Below, piece after piece: positions 49,828-62,399 of a stretch of DNA of 64,000 nucleotides. This DNA is from Lytechinus pictus (Eukaryota). Position numbers and translations under genes: made by a program. The DNA lies in assembly GCF_037042905.1 (NCBI RefSeq), contig NC_087247.1, positions 77,810,001 through 77,874,000 on the forward strand, given 5' to 3'. Under the pieces are notes generated by a model. That model saw only the letters and a list, made by a program, of their open reading frames with translations. It did no database searches and had not been told where the DNA came from. Every line of letters starts with the position of its first letter. Position 1 is the stretch's first letter.

Positions 49828-50618
49828 CTATGAAGTGTTTCTCTCGATCCATGACAAAAGTCGTAAGATCTTGGTATAATAGCCGTACTTGCCATCCCTT
49901 GCACATCCTTCTCCCCAGCTGACTATACCTAGCTGATACCATCTGTTTTCATGTTGCATAGCAAATGGTCCACCACTATCTCCTTGACATGCATCTTTCT
50001 TATCTTCAGCAGCGGAATACCCAGCACAGAACATAAACTTGGTCACCTCAAACTCGGTGGCATCTTTACACCTCTTGATCCTAACGACTGGTAGTTCAAC
50101 CTCAGTAAGGTACCTGGGGTATGGTCCACCTTCAGCTATTTGACCCCAACCAGTCACCCTACCCATCCTATCAGTCTGCAAGAGTGACTTAGCCAGCCAG
50201 ACAGGTGGAAGACATATCGGACGAATGTAGTTGGTAAATTCCTCAAAGGGTTGCTTCAGACGGATAAGAGCGATGTCCTTGTTAAAGTTATCTTGATCGA
50301 AGTCTTCATGTTGAATGATCTGGTCTACTTCAGCAATAACCTGATGGTCTTCCGTTGTCATGGTATCGTGGTCGCCGAAGTAGAGAAGAATATCCCGGAA
50401 GTCAAGCCTGTATAAGACGATGCAATGTGCTGCAGTCAAGACCCATCGCTGGTTTAAAAGTGTGGCTCCACAAACGAAACTTCGTTCCGCTTTGTGCCAA
50501 ATGCGACCCATGTAAGGAGCAGAGCCAGGGAGTGACTGGTGCCCGCCTACCACTCTTCCTTCCCTCGGGGCTACAGTGGTTGAAATAATGGCTTCAGGGG
50601 CTGTGATCGTCCCGCAGA
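49828..50618 (-). CDS. Mosaic S1A serine protease, last exon: linker plus complete intronless catalytic domain (thrombin/factor X-like)
   Basis: tatAG|TC TGC GGG (VCG); activation site REGR|VVGG; TAAHC, DIALIRL, DACQGDSGGPF, GIVSWGEGCARDGKYGYYT; S1 Asp implies trypsin-like specificity. Confidence 0.95.
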
Positions 50619-50871
50619 CTATACGATATAAACGTAATAGACAAGGAAAATTATATATCGTATTACTTTAACAAAATTATCATTGTTTTATTAGTCAACA
50701 TATTTAATATCACAATAGTGTATGCACTAGTATGCGATATCAATAATACCGTCTATGGTCACTTTCAATAAACTCGCAATGCAAAAATTGTCAACATAAT
50801 CGCAGGCCTTCTCATTTGTCACTACAAAAATACTCTATTATCATCTGTTATACTCACATACCAAACTTTAT

Positions 50872-51377
50872 ACCCCCGTCACACTTATTCGGAATCAGCA
50901 GGAATCGAGCAGAACCAGCCGGAATGACGAACTTTCAAAATTCGTGCCACATTCGGGAGGGAATTTGAAATTTTCACTACTTTTGCAAAAATGTCTTAGA
51001 ACATCCTTTGATCCCGCCTCGATTGATTCTTGCACATTCCGGGTGTATTGACTGTCGAATGCAGCTCGAATACAGTCGGAACACAGGAAGAATATTAAGA
51101 ATGCTGTTAGAATGCAGCAAGAATATTTAGAATGCAGTCAGAGAGCAGTCAGAATGCACTTCGAATGTCGTTCGATATTTCTCCACTTCGAATGCACTTC
51201 GAAAGTTTTGAACATGAGCAAAACATTCGGGCCGGTCACAAGAATGGACCCGAATGTCTGGAATGCACTTAGAATGCAGTCGTAATTTTTAGAATGCGCT
51301 TCGAATATCCAGGAATGTACCAAGAATTTTCATTCCGACGGCATTCCGGCTCATTCCGCCTCTAGTGTGACGGGGGT
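50872..51377. mobile_element. MITE (PIF/Harbinger-like) with GAATG-rich interior
   Basis: TIR ACCCCCGTCACACT / AGTGTGACGGGGGT. Confidence 0.7.
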
Positions 51378-51557
51378 TTTACCAGATTTCTTTGTCACAC
51401 TTCAACATGTCTTCTTATCTCTGTTCAGTATTGGATATCACTTGGTATTAGCGTCGCTAAATACTATGCATTTCGTTTTCAGTATCAGTTTTTCTAATAA
51501 TCACACGAAACATTATCACAACTAATAATATTCAATCACTGAATTTAAATAGTTTAC

Positions 51558-51714
51558 CTTGTGTAATATTGATGTTAGGCAGGTGCATATCTGCTACAGT
51601 AAGCCATGCATGGGCTTCTCCTCTCATATTGCCTCGTTGATCCGATACCATACATGTGTATTTTCCTGAATCTTGACTAACAATATTCCTTATCAAAAGA
51701 CTCCCTCCTGAAAT
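51558..51714 (-). CDS. Protease exon: second half of Ig domain 2
   Basis: ttcAG|ATT...CAA G|GTAAA; GSLLIRNIVSQDSGKYTCMV...AWLTV (I-set DxGxYxC). Confidence 0.9.
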
Positions 51715-51740
51715 CTGAAAAGATGTAATACATATATATA

Positions 51741-51780
<40 letters not shown>

Positions 51781-52257
51781 TATATGTGATGAGTTCTAAC
51801 GACAGAGTTATCGAGTTAAGTGATAAATTCGATCAATATCACACCTGCGTAAAACAACAACTCTTTGCCATATACTCCTGCCCATTTTAAGAATGAAATG
51901 AATACATACTTCGATACAGCATGAGTGCTCAATATTTCTCAAATTATGTATATTAACTATTATTGAAAAATATTAAAGCATTTCTAATGCTTGTTCATGC
52001 CCCCAAATATAATAATAATAAAAAAAGAAAACATTGTTTATTGAATTCGCCAACGGGGAGTGGATACTAAATCCCAAACCTCGAGGATTTAAATCAAATC
52101 CAGAGTGGCTTGTGTACAGTGACCTGTAAGAATTAAAAATACAACCTTATGGATTTGAAATTGGAAGAATTAAATTTTGAATAAAAATCCTTTGGATTTG
52201 AAAATAATTTTTTTTGTTTTGTAAATCAGAGTGTAGTATAGATATGACACCACTAAC

Positions 52258-52415
52258 CAAAATGATTTGTTCTGTTTGAGAGACTCTTGTTCCATCCTTC
52301 CACCATTCAATTGAATCAAGAGCTGACTTTGCTTGGCATTCAAACAAATAATGATCGCCAACTTCCAACGATGCGTTGATAGGAACAGCTTCAAAATGGC
52401 GGTATGGATCGAATG
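52258..52415 (-). CDS. Protease exon: first half of Ig domain 2
   Basis: tccAG|CA TTC...TTG|GTTAGT; FEAVPINASLEVGDHYLFECQA...IEWWKDG. Confidence 0.9.
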
Positions 52416-52510
52416 CTGGATAAAAATTGAAATTGGATTGTTATTTATCACATAGTATGTTTTTTAAAGCATATATCTAAAACAATTGGAGCGCCTCTGG
52501 CAGTCTCACC

Positions 52511-52704
52511 TAGTCTACAATTGTAGACCCACATCTGCAGTGTGTGTATCACAGCTGATTCAAGGAGTCTGCATAGCAGACTAGGTCTACTAGAGCCTGC
52601 AGATCTGAAATGGCTCGCTTCGCTCGCCCTTTCAGGCTGGTTTGCTTCGCAAACCAGCTGCAGATCCCACTTCACGAGCCATTCAGAGTCTGCATAGCAG
52701 ACTA
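52511..52704. mobile_element. 194-bp TAG...CTA mini-element (hAT-type)
   Basis: Termini TAGTCT / AGACTA; 8-bp TSD GTCTCACC at 52503-52510 and 52705-52712; absent from the homologous position at ~34500. Confidence 0.8.
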
Positions 52705-53542
52705 GTCTCACCTGCATCGCGCGATTCAATATAACAGCAGAGCTGACTTTGAAAACAGTTATAAAATAATTATCCACAAAAACACCATTCATATAATGAT
52801 ACAATACTACGTTCATTGACAATAAATGACATTTAACCCTGATCATGCGACCTAAGACTTGTCAGTGATACTTGATTACCCCTATATCCATATTTTATAA
52901 ACTATATATATAAACTTTCAAAGTTATGACAACAATCTAATAATTACCTCCAAATGGCCAAAGTTCAATGACCTTAAATGACCTTTGACTTTGGTCATGT
53001 GACCTGAAACTTATATGAGATGTTTAGTGATACTTGATGACTCTTTTGTTCAAGTTTCATGAATCAGATCCATAAACCCTTAAAGTTATGATGATAATTC
53101 AACAATTACCCCCAACTTGGCCAAAGTTCGTTGACCATAAATGACCTTTGACCTTAATCATGTGACCTGAAACTTTGACTTGATTTGATTTATTGTTTTC
53201 TTCTGCATCCATGGAACATTCGTCTAATACATTTTCCATAACATAATAAACATAATATGTTAGCATTTTTGGCATGAATCATAAATAAAGTGTACACAAA
53301 AAATAATTCCAGACAAAAAATTATAAACAACCAAAAAAATTATTATATGATATTCACAATTTGCAGGAGAAGAATTGTCATCATAAGCAGATTGCTTGAA
53401 GAAAAATGACAATCCCAAACTAAAACTAATTAAATTAATTAATACGTTTATAAAGCAGAATGGGCATGTATTTTTAAATACGAAACATCAATTCATGCAA
53501 TATTTTTAGTATGAAGATGAAGATGATAAAGGTGACGGTGAT

Positions 53543-53575
<33 letters not shown>

Positions 53576-53650
53576 TCGCACAGGATGTTCAGTGATACTT
53601 GATTACTCTTATGTCCAACTGTCATGAATCAGATCCATAATATTCCGATC

Positions 53651-53866
53651 TGGTGGTGGTGGTGATTTTTTTTTTTACCTGATTGCTAAGAAAGCATTAA
53701 TGCTTGTAAGCAAGCAACCAGAGGACCGACGGCTTAAGGTCCTCTCCGAAGGACCTGGTACTGAGGATTAATGCCTTACCAAAGGGCACTAGCGCACCAA
53801 GTGGGAATCGAACCCGGGTCACCGGAATACGAATCCCCCGCTCTACCGACTGAGCTATCGCGCCTC
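53651..53866 (-). mobile_element. Full-length tRNA-derived SINE
   Basis: Minus strand GGCGCGATAGCTCAGTCGGTAGAGC (A box)...GGTTCGATTCCC (B box), CGT anticodon-like loop, body with CCTTCGGAGAGGACCTTAAGCCGTCGGTCC, tail of A-run plus (CCA)n. Confidence 0.85.
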
Positions 53867-54652
53867 TAAACCTTCAAAGTTATGAAGGTAATGAAACTCA
53901 AGCAGGATGTTCAGTAATGTTTGATTACCCTTATGTACAAGTTTCAAGAAGGAGGTTCATATACTGTCAATTAAAACATTTTAACATTCGGTTAAGATTT
54001 GGTGTTGACGCCGCCGCCGTCGGAAAATGTAAAAAAAAAATCGCTCGCACTTCGCGCTCGCGTCGCCTTTTAGGTGATTTGAATATCTTGCTCAATATGG
54101 AGCTTAAAATATAAAATTTAAAAGTCAATATACAAAGCATATTTCAATTCGGAAATCGAACTTTCATTATTTTATTTGATTTACACATTGATTTTTAAAA
54201 GCTTTGTAAAAAAATTATGTTTTATCATAGTCTGAATATTAGCCTTTTCTGCTCGCAATGTACCTATCATTTTCCTGTATTCCTTAAAGTTCTCAAAATA
54301 TTCCTATTCAGGTCAGATCAGACTGTTAAAACGTATCAGCTAGCGCTGCACGCTCAAATTTTGATTTGTGAGTTATGTATATCTCAATATTAACCATATG
54401 GCCAAGTTTCATGAACTAGGTCCATATACTTTCTAAGTTATGCTGTCATTTTTTTAAAAACTCTCTGCTTCGCAGGTGAGACAAAAAAATGATGATAGTA
54501 ATAATAACAATAATGATAATAATAATAAATAAATAATAGTAACAAATAGAAATGTGATTGTTTTTCATTACATTGTATATTTTTAAGCAATAGTAATGAC
54601 GATGATGGTGATTAATAATAATAATAATAATAATTATAATAATAATAATGAC

Positions 54653-54683
<31 letters not shown>

Positions 54684-54849
54684 GAAAATGATAGCAATGA
54701 AAATAATTATATCCGCCACTGATTCTTTTTAATACTGTTTTGAAATATTTGGAACTCAATGCAATTCCGAAGTGCAGCAGTGATATCATTCAATATTATA
54801 ACAATTATCAATCTGAAAATCTATTCATATATTATATTTAGCAACTCAC

Positions 54850-54984
54850 CAAACTGAACATCGACTCTAAGGCATTCTCGACCTGAGAAAGAAGCCACAC
54901 ATGAATATTGACCCTGATGATGTGTGTCAAAACCAGGAATAAGAAGATCATTTGAAGGTAGTATATATATCCCATTAACAGAAC
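54850..54984 (-). CDS. Protease exon: second half of Ig domain 1
   Basis: actAG|GT TCT...TTT G|GTGAG; IYILPSNDLLIPGFDTHHQGQYSCVASF; phase 1/1. Not in the ORF track. Confidence 0.85.
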
Positions 54985-55234
54985 CTAGTATGCACAAAAA
55001 ACAAAGCGAAGATAAACATTTTTATCAACCAAGTAATTATATCATTATCGCCAATCGGATCACAAGTAACTTATAACAAAATAATGAAACTCACAATTGG
55101 TAAAAGTACTATCGAAACGATTTCTTCTTCATGTTATACATGGTTGCAAAAAAAACCTATAGTATGTCATCTCAATGAAATAAAATTATGACTTTTTATT
55201 CATCTTAAATCATTTTTTTTTTAAAAGAATTTCT

Positions 55235-56040
55235 AACTGCCTTGCCTTCATCATGTACTATGTATTGAAATCCTTGCCAACAAAATTCGCAGGGACTTCT
55301 ATTCATGGAATAAGTTTTGGTGAGTCTGCAGTCAAACAAGTGCTATCTATGCGGATGATATGACTCTTGTTATCAGGTTAGATAACGCATCAATTAATAG
55401 AATACATGGACATAGAATAGAAAGGCTGTTTGAATGTTATGCAAATATTTCGGGTTTGAAAATAAATAGAGAAAAAAACTTTTATATTACTATTGGGACC
55501 CCTCTCCAAAGAAAAAGTTTCAATTCCTTTAGGGAAACTAGTAGAATTCATTAAAATATTGGGTATTACCTTCTCATTAGATGTGGAGGTTCAGGAAAGG
55601 ATAAAATGTTATCCTAAGCCAAATAAAAAGACTTAACATAAAACAACGAGATTTAACTCTAATGGACATAATACAATTAATTAAAATGTTTGTACTCTCA
55701 AAATTAAAATGATAGACTTGCGTTTGAATTTCTATGAAATGGTAAAGACAAAAATTAAACGGAATGTGATGTTTTTGAACTATGACAATGGAGGACTTAA
55801 AATGATAGATTTTCGTTTATTTGTTTATACAAAGAGAATCATGTGGATTAAAGTACTTATACTCGGAGATTCTAAGATGAGATGGAAACATTTCTTTAAA
55901 TACCAAACGCGAGAGATGGGAGGTCTACTGTTATTTGTCAGTAATGTTTCTCTGGTTTCAAACGAATTGTTCTTGCCAAGATTTTATTCAAATATGATGG
56001 AAATTATGAAAGATTTTTTATTAAAAAAGAAACATATAAG
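55235..56040 (+). pseudogene. Decayed L1/Tx1-type reverse transcriptase fragment
   Basis: CIEILANKIR, YADDMTL, ISGLKINREK, GGLKMIDF across frameshifts; continues after an insertion at ~59150-59640 (FQFKMLYELIYT, CAFCDKNDET). Confidence 0.7.
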
Positions 56041-56061
56041 CTATTTTTTTTGGTGTAAAAT

Positions 56062-58912
56062 CAGGTTTTTTTTAACAGAGTGGGCAAAATACAAACAGCT
56101 GACAAAAAAGGAGGGTTTGCTTTCCTGTGCCCTCACTTCTGTATATGTAGCTGATAGAGAAAAGCCTAAATAAAAGTTGCTTTTCTACCCTACCAAAGCA
56201 TCATTTTGCCATATTGAGGGCTCTAAAATGCAAGATATTTTAATATTCAAGCTACGGATAAGGGTGGGATACCTTCCACAGGCTCTTGCGGGACTATGCT
56301 TCAACATGTTTACATTCGGGCACCTTAAAGGTGCCCGAATGTAATTGCTTGCGACATGCAGAGCAATGCCCCCTCTATCTTTTCCAAGATGTTTTATTAA
56401 CATAAAAGTTGCTTTAATATGTAGAAAATGTATTTTGCCCTCATACCCATTTATGTGAAATATACACTTTTTTTATCGCTACACTCATTACATGCATTCA
56501 TGCGTGCTTGTCACACCAACATAGGCGAAGTAAGACCGATTAAGTCTATTGTACTCTTTTTAAGGACGATCCACAGTTAAAAATGAAGTCCATGTCATTT
56601 TTACCAAATTTTGCAGAGAGTTACTTTGGTATCTATGCATTATGAAAATGCAAAAAAAAATATAGGTTCATGTGCTTATTTTTTTTCTACGGGACTTCCA
56701 AAGTCGCCGTATTTGAATGATATGAAGTGTTGCGCAATCATTGTGCCTCTCTTAGATCTCACGAATTCACCAAATGAGTTTAAATCATCTTTACTCTCTC
56801 GATATTGCATCAAACTTCATCAAACTTTCAGAATGTGTAACTTAGTAGATACCAAAGTAGGAGAAAGTCTTTTAATTGGTAAAACTATATCTATTTGGAG
56901 TCAGCAGCGCCATCATTTGGCAAGAATGGTGCAAAAACTCGGAAAAAACAAATTTTCAAAGACTTGAATCTATAGTATACTCAACAATTTAAAAAGTATA
57001 GTTTAAGCTGCACATTATTCAAAACCCATGTCATTTTCATCAAATTTGGCTAAACTGTAGAGGAATGTATATGGAAGATGTAGGGAAGTTGAAAATATAG
57101 GGTCCATGTGCTCGTTTTTTTAACTATAAGTGTCCAAAGTGTTGCCAGTTGGCTTGAAATCGCCTAAAATGCGCCGAAAACATGCAAATGTCTAATAACA
57201 GCGTCTAAAATGCGAATGGTTACGTACTTTTGCTCCCAAACATTCAAAATCCATGTCATTTTCATCATACTCTCTAGATTTGTAGAGGAATATATTCTAA
57301 AGCCGTTGAAATATATATGGAGTCCATGTGCTCGTTTTTTTTAGTTATCAGTGTCCAAAGTGTTGCGAGTTGGCTTGAAAATCGCATAAATGCGCCGAAA
57401 ACATGCAAAAGTCTCATAATACCGTTTAAAATGCGAATGGTTCCGTAGTCTTGCTCCCAACCATTGAAAATCCATGTCATTTTTTATCATACTTTGCATA
57501 TAGATACTTTTGCACCTACATATTCCAAATATGCAAAAATTAACATGGGCCCATGTGCCTGATTTTTTGCTATTGAGCTTCAAAGTTCACCAAAATGGAT
57601 ATTCTTAAGAATTGCGCACTCAAAAGAATTTGGCATTTTTAGACCTCACGAGATCACAGCAATAATAGTTTAAAGCTCTGGTACTCAGTCAAAATCCATG
57701 AAAATTTCATCAAATTTCACAATGTAATTTACCCTTATGATGGATAATCTCTTTATATTGCTATTAATTGTTTGCTTTTTTAAGTCTAACAACACTCTCA
57801 GTTATAAGAAATTGCGCGAAAGATAACAAAAACTCAACCTCAAAAATGTGAAATTTCAATAACAATCTTGAGAAGTACAAGAAACGCTGCACTTTATTTA
57901 AAACCCATGTCATTTTCACCAAACTTTGCAAAGTTGTAGAGAAAGGTATATCTAAGAGGTGCAAACATTAAAAAACATGGGTTCATGTGCTTGTTTTCAA
58001 ACTATCAGCACTTTTTTTTGAGCAAATGTGCTTTTTAAAGCATCCCCGAAACGCTCTAAAAGCTTATGTGAGGACAAATTCCAAACCACTCTACCATTTA
58101 TTAAAACTCGGGGTCCTATTCGTCATACTTTGCAACACTACAGAGTAAAGTATTTTGAAATTGTAGAGGTATTAAAAAAATAGTCCACGGAATAATTCCA
58201 ATTTATTAGCTTCATAAGATAACACATCGGATCTGCAGTTACTGCAGATAAGGAGAAAAATCAGCTCATATACAGCTGATTAATAACCTGTTCATCCATT
58301 GTGACATCAGCGCGCAGAGAGTAAAATATGCGCAGATCATGATGCGCACAAACATAACTGTGGAACGTCCTTAAAGGTATGCAAGCGAGCGCTTTGTAGT
58401 CGGTATCACTAGTGTGACAAGTGACGGAGGTTGTTTTTTGTGTCATTTTATCGCAATATCGGGGAATACATTTAAAGGTATTTTCCCTTTATCTGAGCAA
58501 AATAGACATTAATACTGTCATAAAGCATATCAATGTCTTCGTCAATATATCCTCTTTCGTGTTGAATGCTGATATTTTGCATTAGTTGTTCATTGTAATG
58601 ACAAAACAGAAAGATATCAACGCACATGCAAATTTTTGCCCCAAAACATGTAAATTTTGGCATAAATATTAACCGGACTGTCCAGAAAACGATTGCAATC
58701 GATTTCTCCTATCTAAATCCTTGTGAAATGCGTATTTATTTAATATGTTACCATTGTCTGTCCAAAAATATGAAAATAATTGATTTTCATGAAAAAATAC
58801 AAGAAGGGCGACAAAATGGGGTCTTCTGGGCCTTCCGTACAGGATATGACCCGGCAGCAACACATTTTCTTGACCACTGATATCATGCCAACATGATTGG
58901 ACCATCAAACCT
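56062..58912. mobile_element. Large non-autonomous DNA transposon with ~220-bp internal subrepeats, interrupting the Tx1 remnant
   Basis: Repeated block CCATGTCATTTT...GG(T/G)CCATGTGCT at ~56590, 57025, 57250, 57470, 57905; boundaries approximate. Confidence 0.4.
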
Positions 58913-59149
58913 TACGTGTACCCGATCAGCTGAATAAACTCTCCCAGCTCCCGGTCTTAAATCGTTACATGGGGCCGAAATAAATAAACTACACCAGTTA
59001 TATGATAATATTCCATTAACATGTAAAGGTCTTCGTGTGAAGACACTGATTTGATACTTGAATTTATATAAACGAGTTAGTACATTGATTGTTATTACTA
59101 CAAAAAAAAATACACACGGCCATGTTAAATGTAAAATTTGAAGAATCAT

Positions 59150-59640
59150 CTGCTTTTAGAAACTTACAGAGAATTTGTAATTTCTCTGAAAACAATATCC
59201 GTACAATATTCCTAGTAGGAAGTCCACGTTAAACAGTAGGTTGAGGGGATTTCAATTTAAAATGTTGTATGAGCTTATATACACTGTATGCATTTGAATT
59301 TACTAGCAATGCTTGTGCCTTCTGTGATAAAAATGACGAAACATAAGAGAAACAATAAGAGATCTATCAATGGAAGAACTGTGGTGTTCTTTGAAACTTA
59401 ATTGATAATAAAGATAAAAAATTGGGAGGGATTTCTCATTGGTTTAAAGATATCTAATATGGGGAACGAACAGGTGGTTAATCATATATAACACTGCTAA
59501 TAAAATACACGATCTTTGTTTATGGTAGGAATAAAAATAAACCCCCTCACCTCAAGAAATAAAAAAAAAAAATTTTAGAAAATGAATATGAGGAGAAAAA
59601 AACTAGCTGAAGAGAGGGGAATTTTCACCAATAGAGGTGG
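59150..59640 (+). pseudogene. Tx1/L1 C-terminal (zf-RVT) remnant
   Basis: GFQFKMLYELIYT and CAFCDKNDET motifs with stops and frameshifts. Confidence 0.55.
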
Positions 59641-60122
59641 CGAGGCAGGCACGGACATCACGGATTGATATGATAGTACAGGGGGCTGTGTACTTGTGTG
59701 TGTGTGGGGGGGGGCTGTGCGGGTGTTGGGGTGGTGTGCGGTGTGTGTCCGATAGTGTTTTGTTTGTGCTTGTGCTTAGATGACGGAGAGGGGGGGGGGG
59801 TGTTTTGAAGACAGATTAAACTTCTCTCAGATCTTCAGTTAAATCATGTTGAATTATGTATTTCTTTTTTTATGAAAAATGAAAATGTACTTTAATATAT
59901 GTGGGTTTTTTTTTGGAGATAAATGAAAATAATAAAGCGTCACAAGTCGTTTTAGGTCGTTCGTTGCTAGCGAACAACTTTATGGGAGACTAATAAGGGG
60001 ATCATGCTAATCTCTGTAACAACCCTAAATGTAACATTTAATTGGTTTCTTAAAACAAATAGAAAGTGACATGTAAAACAACTAATTGAATCAAGAAAAA
60101 TATAAAAAGAATGCATTAAAAC

Positions 60123-60290
60123 CTGTCATGAGTCGCACGCCATCTTTGTACCACGTGATGTCTGCCAGTGGGTAATTGGTAGTACATGATTGTTGTACCA
60201 GATCGTTGTGTACAGGAGATATGTCTTCAGGTGTCCCATGGAATACCAGGTCACTGTTACATTCACCTTCCGGTGATTCCTCAACTATCT
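60123..60290 (-). CDS. Protease exon: first half of Ig domain 1
   Basis: catAG|AG ATA...ACA G|GT; FHGTPEDISPVHNDLVQQSCTTNYPLADITWYKDG; phase 1/1. Not in the ORF track. Confidence 0.85.
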
Positions 60291-61597
60291 CTATGAGTTA
60301 AAACAAAGTGAGAATTTAAAGTAAATAGAACTTTTAAATCAACTGTTGATAAAAATCATTCAAAAGAGCGGCTTGGTTTTCACATTTCTAACATTGATAG
60401 TCAAAAGATGAGGGTCCAGGATTGACTAGATAGTGGAGCCTACGAGGGCCAGCCTTTTTCTTCAAAACTTTCCTGATTAACAAGAAAGTTATTCAAATCG
60501 ATACCTTCACCTCGGATCCGCATGCAGCTGACCTAGCTTGGTGCATTGAGCGAATCAACGAATGTCTATTTTCTCTATTTTTGTCTATCCCTCCCCTCCT
60601 TTAAGAAATATCAAACATTCAATGATTTATTTTCTCTCTTTCTTTACTCATTTATTATTGTAGTAGTGGATCCAGAGTGAACTCACGCCACCCTCCCCTA
60701 TTTTTTTGCACGGGGCCGACAAACGGTTAAGTAAATTGAAGGCTATTTCACTATTGTCCCCGACAGAGCACAATCAAATCCTTATCTATCCTCCCTTTTT
60801 CTGGTTCTAAACCTTCGCCGGCGCTGCCAAAGTCTTAACCGGCGCCAAATGAAGAAATATTAAGTGCCTAAAACACCGGCACATTAATAATCAGCCTCAT
60901 TAGGTTCTAAACCCTACCCGGTTGAGGAAAATCGGCGCTGCTTGAATCTTACCCTTGCCGGCGAAAACTAATCGTCACCTAATGACTACAATGGCTTCGG
61001 TGACAGCTAATCGGCGTTTAGTGATTTCTAAAACGGCGCCGGTGAAAACTTCTTCGACACCACTTAATTTTTAACACCATGATCACCGGCGTCTGTTAAA
61101 CTAATAGGCACCCCTTGTTTTTGACACTGGTATGTGTAGATCTGTGTGTAGGTAGGTGACTGATCTAGTACACATCACATGGGCACACGTTTCACTTTTG
61201 TTGGGAAAGCACTGGGTAAGATAAATCATTGCCAGAGACTTTGTGGCTGGACAACTCATGTGTGTAGTCTTCATTTCTCAGTCACATTCTTGCTTGAAAT
61301 GGCACATGATTGATATTACATCAGATAAAGGGCCTTGTCTGTAGGTTTGGTGACGGTTGACTGTAACACCGGTGCGCCGGGGAAAACGTATCTTCAGGGC
61401 TATTCTCATTTGAAAGTCCACCATGACTGATGAATAATGTTTTCAAGATATTTTTTACCGATTTTGTTGAAGGCGCCGCCAATAGAAAATGCACATGTGA
61501 ATAAACTATGCAATTAAAAGATAAAACAATGCGTGAATAATGAATATATGATAACAATTCAGCGTAAATGAATGAATGAATTAAATAATGAATGAGC

Positions 61598-61766
61598 ACC
61601 CTCCATACCTTCACTGTGACAAAACCAGGATCAACCTACTATTTATTTCTTCTGAAGACGACAAGAACACACTTGTCGAAACGTCGAGATTGGGTGGTCC
61701 TTTTCAGGACCAACACTTGCCCAAGAAATATATTTCTTCGCCATGGAATCCTTAAGAAGTTACATT
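61598..61766 (+). mobile_element. Penelope-like element pseudo-LTR fragment (partial second copy ~61839-61903)
   Basis: Contains a hammerhead motif typical of PLE pseudo-LTRs; CACTGTGACAAAACCAGGAT..ACCTACTATTTATTTCT is duplicated. Confidence 0.65.
61648..61689 (+). ncRNA. Minimal type I hammerhead ribozyme (Penelope-type)
   Basis: CTGAAGA (61652-58), C, stem II GACAAG/aacaca/CTTGTC, GAAAC, GTC cleavage triplet (61683-85), stem I TCTT/GAGA; palindromic ACGT in place of stem III. Confidence 0.75.
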
Positions 61767-62213
61767 TATTTCTTCATTATTTAATTCATTCATTCATTTC
61801 CACTGAATGATAGCAATTCAGTGTAAATGAATGAATGATTGGATCCGCATCCTCCATGCCTCCACTGTGACAAAACCAGGATAGACCTACTATTTATTTC
61901 TCCATTATCTACTTTATTCATTCATTCATTTCCACTGAATTGCTATTATACTGTATATTCATTATTCACGTATCGCTTTATCTTTTGATTGGATAGTTTA
62001 TTCACAGGCGCATTTTCTCCAGTAAAAACATAAAGTGATTGTCACCTACTTATTTGTTTTCAATTTGTTTTCAAGCAAGATACAGCTAATAATAAGAGTC
62101 TTCAGTGGATATCACTTCTTATTTCATACCCCCCCCCCCCTTCGATGGATGCCAGTGTTAAGTGAATTGAAACGTGAAAAAAATGAACAGATCTAGAATC
62201 AGGAGTGAGTTAC

Positions 62214-62399
62214 CTTGACAGACAATAGGTGTCCCTAGCCATTCTCCACCATGTGAACAAACTCTTCTTGGTTTACCGCTCGTTCTCATGTAACCAGGTT
62301 CACACTCTACAATACAGAGCTTACCCTGATCGTATGGTGGATAACAAGGACCTGAGAATATCGCGTGGTCTGGTACATCTAATTCCGAGCAATGTTCCT
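62214..62399 (-). CDS. Protease exon: CCP/sushi domain
   Basis: aacAG|AG...CAA G|GTAAC; CSELDVPDHA...CIVECEPGY...RVCSHGGEWLGTPIVC; phase 1/1. Confidence 0.9.

Larger units (their letters stand above)
52480..54488 (-). mobile_element. Tsp/HINE-like element with several nested insertions
   Basis: Same termini as 34470-35540; interrupted by 52511-52704, an L2/CR1-like tail (~53175-53572), a SINE and a copied block at 53894-54392. Confidence 0.65.

Noticed and set aside
53793-53864. tRNA-Thr(CGT) gene
   Set aside because: Acceptor and anticodon stems pair poorly and the sequence continues into a SINE body and tail.
58883-59149. Candidate protease exon
   Set aside because: No Ig or CCP motif; the missing Ig half-exon is at 54850-54984, and this region straddles a transposon/LINE boundary.
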